In this document: positions 1 through 10,230 of the stretch, piece by piece
Layout of the letters: each line of letters opens with the position of its first letter
Numbering within the stretch: position 1 is the stretch's first letter
Assembly (NCBI GenBank): GCA_038128265.1
Contig: JAYPJE010000002.1
Span: 48,754 to 95,658 of the forward strand
Length of the DNA stretch: 46,905 nucleotides
Direction: 5' to 3'
Source of the DNA: Gemmatimonadota bacterium
Lineage (GTDB): Bacteria > Latescibacterota > UBA2968 > UBA8231
The notes under the pieces: generated by a model
The model's database searches: none
The model's input: the letters and a program-made list of their open reading frames with translations, nothing else
What the model was told of the DNA's origin: nothing
Program-made: the position numbers and the translations under genes

Positions 1-91
1 GAGTTGGGGAGGGGGAGGTCGGTGGGGAGGTCGATGAAGGGGGGTTGGTGTTTTAAGGTTAATAACCTGACACGCACGAGAAAGGGAGTCA

Positions 92-406
92 GTGGAATTG
101 TCTGAGCGCGCTGCGCTGTCGTCGCTGCTGGCTATTGGCTGTCGGTCGGGGGATACGGTCGTCGGTCTGTCCAGCGTGCGGCGCTGCGCGCGCTTAGCCT
201 ACGTATTTGCCGACAGTCAATTGGCCGAGCGCACGCTGCGCGAATTGGCCGAGTGGGAGGGGCGGGGGGCGCGCGTGTATGTGCTCGACGATTTCGCCTC
301 GCTGACCCGGCCCTTTGGTCGCAGCGATGCGCGCGTAGTCGGCGTGATAAAAGGCTCGCTAGCCGACGGCATTGCCGGGCGCTTAGATCTTAGCCAACGC
401 ACTTAG
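92..406 (+). CDS. L7Ae/L30e-family RNA-binding protein (YlxQ-like)
   Basis: 104 aa with GGGAG just before the GTG. The pattern LLAIGCRSG-x-VVG...AYVFAD...LTRPFGR...VVGVIKGSLADGI parallels bacterial L7Ae proteins (LLGLA-R-G-V-G...LG-A-G...V-AV-D-GFA). Confidence 0.65.
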   Translation: MELSERAALSSLLAIGCRSGDTVVGLSSVRRCARLAYVFADSQLAERTLRELAEWEGRGARVYVLDDFASLTRPFGRSDARVVGVIKGSLADGIAGRLDLSQRT

Positions 407-452
407 CGCACGTAGAATAGTAGAATAACTGTTTATCTAGGAGGATTGCGCC

Positions 453-1199
453 GTGATTTTAGCGGAAATGACATCGCCCGAAATTGATGCGCTGCCGCGC
501 GATATCGTCGTGCTCATGCCCGTTGCTTCCTGCGAGCAGCACAGTCTGCACCTGCCCGTTTTTACCGACTCTATGATTGGCGGCGAAGTGGCGCTCCGGG
601 TGCATAGGCTGATACCGGACGATGTGCTTGTATTGCCGGTGCAGTGGCTTGGCTATTCGCAACACCACATCCGCTACCCGGGCACGCTCAGTGCCATTTC
701 CGAAACCCACCTGCTGCTGATGATGGATATTGTCGCCTCGGTTGTCGGATACGGCTTTAAGAAAGTCCTCGTACAAAACAGTCACGGTGGTAACGGCGCC
801 AATATTTCCGTGCTGCTGCAGCGCCTGATGGAGCGCTACGGCGATGACGGCGTCGAGTTCTACAGCCGCTGGGCCTGGGCCGGCAACGATGCGCTCAACG
901 CAATCCGCGAGTTGGGCAACGCCGGTTCGGGGCATGCCGGCGAGACGGAAACTTCGATGGTGTTGGCGATGCGTCCCGACCTGGTGCGCACCGATAAGCT
1001 GGATGCCGACGGCGAGCGTCCGGGAATGCGTGTGAGCGGCGTGGCATCGTATCATCGCTTTGATCAACGCACGCAGCACGGGGGCGTTGGTGACCCGCGC
1101 CCGGCCACGGCAGAAAAGGGCGAACGTCTTTTGCAGGCTTCGGCAGAAGAGGTGGCTGCCCACGTGCGCGAGATCCGAGCACTGCGTCCATTCGGCTAA
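453..1199 (+). CDS. Creatininase (creatinine amidohydrolase) family protein
   Basis: Motifs EQHSLHLPxxTD, NSHGGN and GHAGETETS; AGGAGG RBS upstream. Confidence 0.9.
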   Translation: MILAEMTSPEIDALPRDIVVLMPVASCEQHSLHLPVFTDSMIGGEVALRVHRLIPDDVLVLPVQWLGYSQHHIRYPGTLSAISETHLLLMMDIVASVVGYGFKKVLVQNSHGGNGANISVLLQRLMERYGDDGVEFYSRWAWAGNDALNAIRELGNAGSGHAGETETSMVLAMRPDLVRTDKLDADGERPGMRVSGVASYHRFDQRTQHGGVGDPRPATAEKGERLLQASAEEVAAHVREIRALRPFG

Positions 1200-1211
1200 T
1201 CGGGTGTCTAT

Positions 1212-1240
1212 TTGACTGCAAAACATAGCCTCCGTACTTT
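1212..1240 (+). promoter_or_regulatory. Putative sigma70 promoter of the ABC transporter pair
   Basis: TTGACT (1212-1217), 17-nt spacer, TACTTT (1235-1240), in the intergenic gap before 1353. Confidence 0.5.
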
Positions 1241-1352
1241 GCCCGCTGCCCTTCCATGAGAGATGGACAGTGCGGGGATCGCGCCCGCTGTGATTGCCCC
1301 CTTTTGACCGGGTTTCGATTCTGCCGCGTTTCGACTCCCCATACTACAGGCC

Positions 1353-3605
1353 ATGGCAGATAGCAACGGCGATTTTCGTCTGCTCGAACCGATCGACCCC
1401 ACCGTAGAAGAGCGGATTGGTGCAGCCATACCGGCAGATGAAGAGCTGCTTATCCGCGTTTTTTCCGATCTATCAGCTGAAGGCATATACGGTGCGCAGT
1501 GGGTTTTTGTGACTTCTAAGCGCGTGGTTGTCACCGCTGAAGCAGATACCCGTACTCCACTTGACGTCCCCATCGAACACATTCGCCTAGCGCGCACCGA
1601 GCCACTAGTAGGCGGTGGTTGCCTCGAAATTGAGCGCACTGAAGGCGCCTCCCTGCACATTCCCTATTCGAATTCGCTCGCTGGTAAATTTTCCGAAGTC
1701 GCACGCGGTATTGAACAGCTGCGCAAGGGCGAGCCATTCTACATTAACTCTCGCTTGGACCGCACGCGCTGTGAAAAGTGCCAGCGTTTGCTTCCGGAGA
1801 AAAACGGCATATGTCCGGCCTGTGTGCGGCGCTTAGAAACGCTGGGTCGCATCGTCTCCTTTCTGACCCCGTATAAACGTCGGGCCGCGGTGCTTGCAGC
1901 CGCCTCCGTTGCGACAACGGGAGCCGAGCTACTGCCCCCCCTGGTTCAGCGCGAGCTGGTCGACGGCGTGCTGGTGCCGCCAGAAGGCCACGGAATGCTG
2001 CTCGAAGACCGCTTTGCCATGCTCGGTTGGCTGGTGCTGGCTATGGTTGGCGTGCGCGCCCTGAGCTGGCTTTCCAGCATGTTGCACCACTGGGTTGTAT
2101 CCTGGCTCAGCGCGCGCGTGACAGCCGATATTCGCGCCGAATTATACCGTCGCTTGGAAATGCTATCCCTGCAGTTTTACGATAAGCGCCAGGTCGGCGG
2201 TCTCATTTCGCGCGTGACGCGCGACTCGAGCATGCTGCAGCAGTTTCTCGTCGACGGATTGCCGTACATGATTATCAACTTTCTGACGATCATCGGCATT
2301 GTCGGCTTTCTATTTAGCATGAGTGTTAAGATTACGCTGCTCATTCTGCTGCCGGTGCCCTTTATTGCAGTCTGGAGTTTTCTGTTTTGGCGCTACATGC
2401 GCAATATTTTCAATAAGTACGGCCAGAGCTGGTCGCAGCTGGGATCGCGACTGAACGAAGCGCTGCACGGCATTCGCGTGGTCAAGGCCTTTGCCCAAGA
2501 AGAGCGTGAGGTCGCCGCATTTGACAAGCGCAACGACGAGTTGGGCGATATAAGCCGTCGATCGGGGCGCATGTGGCTCATTATGTGGTCGACCATGGAG
2601 TTGGTTACTGGCGCGGGCATTCTGATTGTGTGGTACTTTGGCGGTGGCGAAGTGCTGGGAGAGCGCCTTAGCATCGGCACGCTGCTAGCCATCTATTCCT
2701 ATATGTGGATGGTCTACGGACCGCTGGAGTGGATGGCGCAGGTCAATTCGTGGATGACGCGCGCTTTTGCCGGGGCCGAGCGCATCTTTGAAGTGATTGA
2801 CGCACCGCCCGAATCCTACGAAGATCCCAACGCGCTGGCTATGCCAGCCTTTTCCGGGCGCGTGCACTTTGACGGCGTGACCTTTGGCTACGACAAGAGC
2901 AAGCCCGTGCTGCACGATATCCAGCTCGACGTCGAACCGGGGGAGATGATCGGGCTGGTGGGACGCTCGGGGGTTGGCAAGACGACGACGGTCAATCTGG
3001 TCGCGCGCTTCTACGACGTCGACCGCGGAACGCTCAACATCGACGGCGTTGATATTCGCCGCATTCGCCTGTCCGACCTGCGGCGCCAAATAGGCATCGT
3101 GCCGCAGGATCCCGTGCTGTTTTCCGGCACGATTGCGGAAAACATCAGCTACGGCCGGCCCGGTGCGAGCCTGTCCGAAGTGATGGACGCGGCGCGTGCG
3201 GCTAATGCGCACGGTTTTATCACCGCCAAAGCGGATGGCTATGATACAGCAGTAGGCGAGCGTGGGGCAGGTCTTTCTGGCGGCGAGCGCCAGCGCATTG
3301 CCATCGCACGGGCTATCCTGCACGATCCAAAAATATTGATTCTCGACGAGGCGACTTCTTCGGTCGACGTGCAGACGGAAAAGCAGATTCAGGAGTCGAT
3401 TGCGCGCTTGGTGAGAGGGCGCACGACGTTCGCCATTGCCCATCGTCTGTCCACGCTGCGCAACGCGGATCGGCTCGTCGTATTGGAGGCGGGGCGGGTT
3501 GTGGAAATGGGCACGCACGAGGAGCTCATAGCGCGCGGAGGGCATTTTGCCGAATTGGTCGAACTGCAGCGGGCCGTAGCGGAAATCATCGCGGTTAAGG
3601 ACTGA
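1353..3605 (+). CDS. ABC exporter half-transporter (TMD+NBD) with N-terminal extension and zinc-ribbon-like motif
   Basis: Walker A GRSGVGKT, signature LSGGERQR, Walker B ILILDE, AHRLST; hydrophobic TMD; CEKC-x10-CPAC before the TMD. Confidence 0.92.
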   Translation: MADSNGDFRLLEPIDPTVEERIGAAIPADEELLIRVFSDLSAEGIYGAQWVFVTSKRVVVTAEADTRTPLDVPIEHIRLARTEPLVGGGCLEIERTEGASLHIPYSNSLAGKFSEVARGIEQLRKGEPFYINSRLDRTRCEKCQRLLPEKNGICPACVRRLETLGRIVSFLTPYKRRAAVLAAASVATTGAELLPPLVQRELVDGVLVPPEGHGMLLEDRFAMLGWLVLAMVGVRALSWLSSMLHHWVVSWLSARVTADIRAELYRRLEMLSLQFYDKRQVGGLISRVTRDSSMLQQFLVDGLPYMIINFLTIIGIVGFLFSMSVKITLLILLPVPFIAVWSFLFWRYMRNIFNKYGQSWSQLGSRLNEALHGIRVVKAFAQEEREVAAFDKRNDELGDISRRSGRMWLIMWSTMELVTGAGILIVWYFGGGEVLGERLSIGTLLAIYSYMWMVYGPLEWMAQVNSWMTRAFAGAERIFEVIDAPPESYEDPNALAMPAFSGRVHFDGVTFGYDKSKPVLHDIQLDVEPGEMIGLVGRSGVGKTTTVNLVARFYDVDRGTLNIDGVDIRRIRLSDLRRQIGIVPQDPVLFSGTIAENISYGRPGASLSEVMDAARAANAHGFITAKADGYDTAVGERGAGLSGGERQRIAIARAILHDPKILILDEATSSVDVQTEKQIQESIARLVRGRTTFAIAHRLSTLRNADRLVVLEAGRVVEMGTHEELIARGGHFAELVELQRAVAEIIAVKD

Positions 3606-3606
3606 A

Positions 3607-5865
3607 ATGGAAGCCGTAGTTACAAAGCCCTTTAACGTCGAGCTACCTGCGCAGGAGGCGCGTCACGTCGAGCAACTGCTCGATGAGGGGGAAGGCGTGC
3701 GCGTGTGCGTGCGGGCCGATATGGCGGATGCGTTTCGCTACGGGACGCGCTGGGTAGTCATCGGTGATAGGCACCTACTGTTAAGCGGTGATGAGGGTGA
3801 CTGGCTGCAGCTGGCTCTATCCGACATAGATGCGGCACGGACCCTCGAGTTAGTCGGTGGCGGCCTGTTAGAAGTTGCGCGCCGAGAAGGCCCGCCGGAG
3901 CTGGTACACTATTCCTCCTCGCTGCACGCGCTCTTTGTCGAGGTGGCCTCAGCACTCAATCAGCTGCTGCGGGGCGAGACGCTGGCCCTACCCACTCAAG
4001 TTGAGCGCAGTCGCTGTGCCAGCTGCAATCGCCTGCTAGTCGAAAAGGATGGCATTTGCCCGTTTTGTATTTCGCGTTGGGATACGCTGGGCCGCATCGC
4101 CGGTTTTCTGCGCCCCTATAAGGGGCGCGTGGTCGCGCTAATGGTCGGTTCAATGGCGATGACGGCCTTGGGCCTGCTGCCGCCCTACGTGGTGCGCCAT
4201 ATTATCGACGACGTGCTCAATCCCGGCGTTCGCGGCGAAATATCGGCCGAAGAGGGCATGGTGCTGCTGGGCTGGCTCGTGCTGGGTTTGTTAGGAGCTC
4301 AGCTGCTGACGTGGGGAACTAATCTGGCCACGGGCTTTCTGCGCGCCGATATCTCGGCCTGGTCGAGTCGTGACGTGCGCGAAAAACTCTATCATAGCCT
4401 GCAGTTTCTTCCGCTGCGCTTCTACGAAAAGCGCCAGGTCGGCAATCTGATTTCGCGCTTTATGAACGACGCCGATCGCCTGGAAATGTTTCTGCTATTC
4501 TTCGTGCCGTTTCTCGTTTCCAATGTTCTCATGCTGGTCGGCATCCTATGTCTGCTGCTATGGATGAACTGGGAGCTGACGCTCTACGTGCTGCTGCCGG
4601 TGCCCTTTATCTGGGCTGCGAGTATAAAGAAGTTTGGACAGCTGCGCCGTTACTGGAGCTCGTGGTCGGCCAAATGGTCGCGCCTCTCATCGCATATAAA
4701 CGAATCCATATCGGGCATCCGCATCGTCAAATCGTTTGCGCAGGAACGCCGCGAAGAGGAGCGCTTTGCCGCGCGCAACGAGGCGCTGTGGGAAGCGAGC
4801 GTAACGGCCGAGCGCGTGTGGGTCGTATTTTCCGCCATCGTCAATTTCGTCATGAGCTTTGGCATATTCCTCGTTTGGTACTTTGGTGGCCGCCAGATTC
4901 TCAACGAGGAGCTAACGCTGGGCGTGCTGATGGCCTTTATCAGCTATATATGGCAGCTATATCGGCCGCTGCAGTTTTTTAGCTCTGCCAACAATATGAT
5001 TACGCGATCGCTGGCTGGTGCCGAGCGCATTTTTGAGGTGATGGACGCACCGCCGGAGTCGTTTGAGCGGGAAGATGCCCGGCCGCTGCCCAACATGCAG
5101 GGCCGCGTAGACTTTCGCGCTGCGTTTTTTGGCTACGATCCGGGCAAGCCAGTGCTCAACGGCATCGACCTGCACGTGCAGCCGGGTGAAATGATTGGTT
5201 TGGTGGGCCGATCCGGCGTGGGTAAGAGCACGCTCATTAATCTGATCTGTCGATTTTACGATGTGGATCGCGGCCAAGTGGACATTGACGGGGTCGATAT
5301 ACGCGACATTCGCTTAGGCGACCTGCGCCGGCAAATTGGCATGGTGGCTCAGGAATCGTTTCTCTTTAACGGCACCCTCTTTGAAAACATAGCCTATGCC
5401 CGGCCCAATGCCACTTTTGAAGAAGTCATGCGCGCAGCGCGCGCGGCTAACGCGCACGAATTTATCATCAGAAAGCCCGACGGGTATGATACTAAAGTCG
5501 GCGAGCGCGGCAACGCGCTGTCGGGCGGTGAGAAACAGCGCATATCGATTGCTCGCGCGATCCTACACGATCCGAAAATATTGATTCTCGACGAGGCGAC
5601 CTCAGCCGTAGATACGCCGACGGAAAAGAAGGTACAGGAAGCGATTGCCAATTTGGTGCGTGGGCGCACCACTTTTGCCATTGCCCATCGGCTGTCGACG
5701 CTGCGCAACGCCGATCGGCTCGTCGTGCTGGACGATGGTAAGGTCGCCGAAGTCGGCACGCACGAGGAACTCATGGCGCGCGGGGGAATTTTCCACTCGC
5801 TGGTTACGACGCAGCAGCAGACGACGGCGGTTATGGCCGTTGGCGGCAAGGAAAAGGGTGGCTGA
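3607..5865 (+). CDS. ABC exporter half-transporter (TMD+NBD), paralog of the preceding gene
   Basis: GRSGVGKS, LSGGEKQR, ILILDE, AHRLST; CASC-x10-CPFC; starts 1 nt after the upstream stop. Confidence 0.92.
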   Translation: MEAVVTKPFNVELPAQEARHVEQLLDEGEGVRVCVRADMADAFRYGTRWVVIGDRHLLLSGDEGDWLQLALSDIDAARTLELVGGGLLEVARREGPPELVHYSSSLHALFVEVASALNQLLRGETLALPTQVERSRCASCNRLLVEKDGICPFCISRWDTLGRIAGFLRPYKGRVVALMVGSMAMTALGLLPPYVVRHIIDDVLNPGVRGEISAEEGMVLLGWLVLGLLGAQLLTWGTNLATGFLRADISAWSSRDVREKLYHSLQFLPLRFYEKRQVGNLISRFMNDADRLEMFLLFFVPFLVSNVLMLVGILCLLLWMNWELTLYVLLPVPFIWAASIKKFGQLRRYWSSWSAKWSRLSSHINESISGIRIVKSFAQERREEERFAARNEALWEASVTAERVWVVFSAIVNFVMSFGIFLVWYFGGRQILNEELTLGVLMAFISYIWQLYRPLQFFSSANNMITRSLAGAERIFEVMDAPPESFEREDARPLPNMQGRVDFRAAFFGYDPGKPVLNGIDLHVQPGEMIGLVGRSGVGKSTLINLICRFYDVDRGQVDIDGVDIRDIRLGDLRRQIGMVAQESFLFNGTLFENIAYARPNATFEEVMRAARAANAHEFIIRKPDGYDTKVGERGNALSGGEKQRISIARAILHDPKILILDEATSAVDTPTEKKVQEAIANLVRGRTTFAIAHRLSTLRNADRLVVLDDGKVAEVGTHEELMARGGIFHSLVTTQQQTTAVMAVGGKEKGG

Positions 5866-5913
5866 GTTGTTATTTGGTCCGAGTCATCGCGCCGGCCGTT
5901 GCAAGGCGAATCA

Positions 5914-7266
5914 ATGAAAGAAACGGACTGTATGCGTGCTGGATGGGCGTCGGTCGACTGCACGCCGCCTCTGGGATTGCCCATGGGAGGGCGTGGGACG
6001 CGCTTTACGCCGGGGGCCACAGTGCTCGATCCTCTGCGCATGCAAGCGCTGCTGCTGCGCGACGCAGACGGCAAGGGGCTGCTGCTGCTGTCCATGGATA
6101 TGATTGGTCTATCGGGCGATATGAGCGCGCGCTTTCGCCGTGAAATCGCCGCGCATATTGGCCTCGCACCTAGCGGGATCGTACTCAATTTTTCCCATAC
6201 GCACAGCGGACCGATGAGCGGGTATGAAGGCTATGCAACCGATCGCCCCAAACCGGTAGAAATGATAGCCTACGAAGAAACCCTGTTAGAGAAGGCCTGT
6301 GCGCTCGCCCGTGCCGCGCAGGAGAGCGAAGAGCGCGTCAGCGTGCGCTGGCATCGGGGCACTTCGCATATCGGTATCAATCGGCGCGCGCGCAACGAGC
6401 GGGGCGAAATGGCGCTGCGGCCCAATCCAACTGGATACTACAATCCGGACTTGTGGGTGTTAGATGTTATTGGGGCCGATGGCCGCCGCTGCGTAGCCTT
6501 TTCCTATGGATGCCATCCCGTCATCGTGTACGGCTATGCATGGGATGGCATTTCCGCCGATTTTCCGGGCGTATGTCGCCGCGTTTTACAGGAAGCGCTT
6601 GGTCAACAGGTGCAGGCACAGTTTGTCCAGGGCTTGGCCGGCAATGTGCGGCCCCGCCTGCTGGCCAATGTGCAGCAGGGCGTCTTTGAAAAAGGCACCG
6701 CCGAATCGGTGGTAGCCGTTGGCCGCGAACTGGCTGGCGACGTGCTGGCCGCACTGGAAACGGAGGGAGACGAACTCGCGCTGGATGTGCGCGTGCGTTC
6801 AACGTGGGTCATGGTAGAGCGCGACCAGCAGGTATGGCCGCTGGCGCACTGGCAGAATCTGTGCGACAGCGCCGATGAGATGCAGCGAGCATTGGGTCAG
6901 TATTGGCGCCGTCGCCTACAGGAGGGACCGCCGCCGGTGCGTGCCGTGCCATGGGAAATAGGCCTGCTGCAGCTGGCGCCAGCCCATCGCATTGCCTTTT
7001 TTTCTGGCGAGGCACTGGCCGAGTGGCTGCCGCTGCTGCGTCGCTGGTTAGCCGATGAGGGGCTCGTGGCCTGGGGATACTGTCAGGATGGACGCTGCTA
7101 TATGCCGACCGATGCTCTGCTTGATGAGGGCGGCTACGAAGTGATGCAGTCGAATGTGTATAATAAAAGCGGCCCAGGGCCCTTTGCTAAGGGGATAGAC
7201 AACGCCGTGCGCAGTGCAGTGGACCGCCTGAGCGGGTCGCTCGTACAAGAGGAGTGCAATCTGTGA
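5914..7266 (+). CDS. Neutral/alkaline ceramidase N-terminal-domain-like amidohydrolase
   Basis: DCTPP-x-GLPMGG, DPL-x-x-x-AL, SHTHSGP, INRR, YGCHP, ISADFPG, QGLAGN and C-terminal YMPT...GGYE. Start moved to ATG 5914. Confidence 0.75.
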   Translation: MKETDCMRAGWASVDCTPPLGLPMGGRGTRFTPGATVLDPLRMQALLLRDADGKGLLLLSMDMIGLSGDMSARFRREIAAHIGLAPSGIVLNFSHTHSGPMSGYEGYATDRPKPVEMIAYEETLLEKACALARAAQESEERVSVRWHRGTSHIGINRRARNERGEMALRPNPTGYYNPDLWVLDVIGADGRRCVAFSYGCHPVIVYGYAWDGISADFPGVCRRVLQEALGQQVQAQFVQGLAGNVRPRLLANVQQGVFEKGTAESVVAVGRELAGDVLAALETEGDELALDVRVRSTWVMVERDQQVWPLAHWQNLCDSADEMQRALGQYWRRRLQEGPPPVRAVPWEIGLLQLAPAHRIAFFSGEALAEWLPLLRRWLADEGLVAWGYCQDGRCYMPTDALLDEGGYEVMQSNVYNKSGPGPFAKGIDNAVRSAVDRLSGSLVQEECNL

Positions 7267-8045
7267 AAATAGCTACCTATAACGTCCTCGGTCTGACCGG
7301 CTATCCATCCTCCGAGGCTCAAAAGGACTTGGGATCGCTTGGGAGCGAGGAGCACGTGGCGCATTTCGCCGGCGTGTTTGCCTCGTTGGACTGCGACCTT
7401 ATCGCTCTACAGGAAGGCGTTGCGGTGCGGCAGATGCAGCAAATCGCCAAGGCGATGGGATACTACCTGGCAACGCACGCCTCGCCCATTGCTTGGCCAG
7501 GACACCTGCTGTCGCGCGTTCCCATCGTAGAGTCGCGCACGTTTAGCCACTTTGATCCCCACGTCGACGTGCCGCCGTTTAGCCGCACGGCAGGCGCGTC
7601 GCTCGTCGAGGGGGCGAGAGGAGAGCGGCTGTGGGTTGTCGATGTGCACCTGCATCCAGGCGATGTGGACCTGCGCCGCGTTGAAGGCGACCTGATTAGG
7701 GACAGGGTTGCGGCGCTGCTGGACCACTGCCCCAACGTCATCGTGCTCGGTGATTTTAATTGTGAAGTGGACGAGCGCGTGCACGAAAACTTGCGCGCTT
7801 TAGGCTTTATCAATGCCATGCAGCACGCTCATGTCGACGGCATCCAGGCGACGATGGACACCGTAGGCATCCGCACACATTATATTGACCACATTTACTT
7901 GAGTCCGACTTTGGCTCCAGCACTGCAGACTGCGCACGTCGTGCGCGCCGATGGATTTCGCCATGACGGTCCGCAGGGTGAGGGACTGTGGGTGCACTCC
8001 GACCACCTGCCGGTGGTCGCCGAAGTCGACTGGGACCTTGCTTAA
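7263..8045 (+). CDS. Endonuclease/exonuclease/phosphatase (EEP) family protein
   Basis: KIATYNV, ALQE, HLH, LGDFN, IDHIY, SDHLPV. GTG 7263 overlaps the upstream TGA (GTGA). Confidence 0.88.
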   Translation: MKIATYNVLGLTGYPSSEAQKDLGSLGSEEHVAHFAGVFASLDCDLIALQEGVAVRQMQQIAKAMGYYLATHASPIAWPGHLLSRVPIVESRTFSHFDPHVDVPPFSRTAGASLVEGARGERLWVVDVHLHPGDVDLRRVEGDLIRDRVAALLDHCPNVIVLGDFNCEVDERVHENLRALGFINAMQHAHVDGIQATMDTVGIRTHYIDHIYLSPTLAPALQTAHVVRADGFRHDGPQGEGLWVHSDHLPVVAEVDWDLA

Positions 8046-8054
8046 GAGGGAATT

Positions 8055-10229
8055 ATGAGCGAACGCATACAGGTGGGAACGTTACAAATCGACGCGGGGC
8101 TGTACGCCCTGGTGCGTGATGAGATTGCCCCGGGTACGGGGATTGAGCCCGAGCGCGTCTGGCAAGGGCTGCAGGCGCTTGTCGAAGAACTCGGGCCGCA
8201 TCACAGCGACCTGCTGGCGCAGCGCGACGATATGCAGCAGCAGATTGATGAGTGGCACCTGCAGCATCGCGGGTTGCCCTCTGACGGCCAGGCGTATCGC
8301 CAGTTCTTGCGCAAAATTGGCTACATCGAAGAGGATGTGAATGCCGTCGTAGTTACGACGGAGAACGTCGATCGCGAAGTGGCTCAGGTCGCTGGTCCGC
8401 AGCTGGTCGTACCGGTCGACAATGCGCGCTATTGCATCAATGCTGCCAATGCACGCTGGGGCAGTCTCTACGATGCACTCTATGGAACGGATGCCGTCGC
8501 CGAGGACGACGGTGCCGAGCGCGGAAGTGCGTATAATCCCGTGCGCGGTGCACGCGTAGTGGCTCAGGCCAACGCCTTTTTAGACGGCGCCGTGCCGCTG
8601 CGCGAGGGAAGCTACGAAGAGGTATGCGGTTTGGCCCTGGTCGATGACGGTGGACGCAAGCAGCTACAGGTGCAGATGGAAGGCGGTACGACGGAGCTGC
8701 GCGATCCGTCGCAGTGGGTTGGTTATGTCGAAGAAGGGGGGCAGCTGTCCTGCGTGCTGCTAGTCAATAACGGCCTGCATATCGAAATCCATATAGACCC
8801 CAATGATCCCATTGGTCAATCGCATCGGGCCGGTATTAAAGACGTAGTGCTCGAGGCGGCCATTACGACCATTCAGGACTGCGAAGATTCGGTATCGGCT
8901 GTCGATGCGGCGGATAAGGTGCGCGTCTACGGCAACTGGTGCGGCCTGATGAAAGGCGATCTGCACGCCGAATTCGACAAGGGCGGGCGTTCCATCACGC
9001 GCCACCTGCATACCGATCGGCGCTATTGCGACCCGGCCGGGCAATCGCTCTTGCTGCCGGGCCGCAGCCTACTGCTCGTGCGCAACGTCGGCATCCACAT
9101 GTATACAGACGCCGTGCTGACGGCCGATGGTGAGGCCATACCCGAGGGTTTTCTCGATGCGCTGATCACCTCGCTGGCAGCGCTGCACGACCTGCGAGGT
9201 GCAGGTGAAATAAAAAATAGCCGGACGGGCAGCGTGTATATCGTCAAACCCAAGATGCACGGTCCTGCCGAAGTGGCAGCAACGGTCGCCCTCTTTGGTC
9301 GGGTGGAGGAGATTTTGGGGCTGCCGCGCAATACGTTGAAGATCGGCATTATGGACGAGGAGCGGCGCACTACGGTTAACCTGGCCCGCGCTATCAATCA
9401 GGCTAGTGAGCGGTTGATTTTTATCAACACCGGTTTTCTCGATCGCACGGGCGATGAAATACACACTAGTATGGAAGCGGGGCCGATGTTGCCCAAAGGC
9501 CAGATCAAGGAACAGAAGTGGCTTCAGGCCTATGAGGATTGGAACGTCGATATTGGTATTGAAACGGGGCTGGTAGGACGCGGACAAATAGGCAAGGGCA
9601 TGTGGGCCATGCCGGATGCCATGCGCGACATGCTGCAGGCCAAGATAGGTCACCCGCAGGCCGGTGCTAGTACTGCTTGGGTGCCGTCGCCGACGGCGGC
9701 TGTGCTGCACGCAATGCACTACCACCAAATCTCCGTGGCCCAACGTCAGCAGGAGATCGCCCAGCGCCCGCGCGCATCGCTGGAAGATATTCTAACGCCG
9801 CCGCTGCTGGACGTCGAACTAAGCGCAGAAGCCATTCAACGCGAATTGGACAACAATGCCCAAGGCATCCTCGGCTATGTCTCGCGCTGGGTTGGCCAGG
9901 GCATCGGCTGTTCCAAAGTGCCGGATATCAACGACGTGGGGCTGATGGAAGATCGCGCTACCCTGCGCATTTCCAGTCAGCACATCGCCAACTGGCTGCA
10001 CCACGGCCTAGTCGATGCGGCACAGGTGCGCGCTACATTTGCGCGCATGGCCGAAGTCGTAGATCGGCAAAATGCAGGCGATGCGGCCTATGTGCCCATG
10101 GCGGATAATCTGGATGCCAGTGAGGGCTTTCAGGCAGCGTTAGACCTGGTGTTTAACGGGCGCCAAGAGCCCAATGGCTACACCGAGAACGTGCTGCACG
10201 CGCGCCGCCGCCAGGCCAAGTCAACGTGA
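8055..10229 (+). CDS. glcB: Malate synthase G
   Basis: 724 aa; [71 protein letters not shown]. Confidence 0.98.
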   Translation: MSERIQVGTLQIDAGLYALVRDEIAPGTGIEPERVWQGLQALVEELGPHHSDLLAQRDDMQQQIDEWHLQHRGLPSDGQAYRQFLRKIGYIEEDVNAVVVTTENVDREVAQVAGPQLVVPVDNARYCINAANARWGSLYDALYGTDAVAEDDGAERGSAYNPVRGARVVAQANAFLDGAVPLREGSYEEVCGLALVDDGGRKQLQVQMEGGTTELRDPSQWVGYVEEGGQLSCVLLVNNGLHIEIHIDPNDPIGQSHRAGIKDVVLEAAITTIQDCEDSVSAVDAADKVRVYGNWCGLMKGDLHAEFDKGGRSITRHLHTDRRYCDPAGQSLLLPGRSLLLVRNVGIHMYTDAVLTADGEAIPEGFLDALITSLAALHDLRGAGEIKNSRTGSVYIVKPKMHGPAEVAATVALFGRVEEILGLPRNTLKIGIMDEERRTTVNLARAINQASERLIFINTGFLDRTGDEIHTSMEAGPMLPKGQIKEQKWLQAYEDWNVDIGIETGLVGRGQIGKGMWAMPDAMRDMLQAKIGHPQAGASTAWVPSPTAAVLHAMHYHQISVAQRQQEIAQRPRASLEDILTPPLLDVELSAEAIQRELDNNAQGILGYVSRWVGQGIGCSKVPDINDVGLMEDRATLRISSQHIANWLHHGLVDAAQVRATFARMAEVVDRQNAGDAAYVPMADNLDASEGFQAALDLVFNGRQEPNGYTENVLHARRRQAKST

Positions 10230-10230
10230 T

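Noticed and set aside
1241..1352. Riboswitch in the ~105-nt leader of the ABC pair
   Set aside because: Only a short TCCAT-GAGAG-ATGGA hairpin is evident, and I recognise no aptamer consensus.
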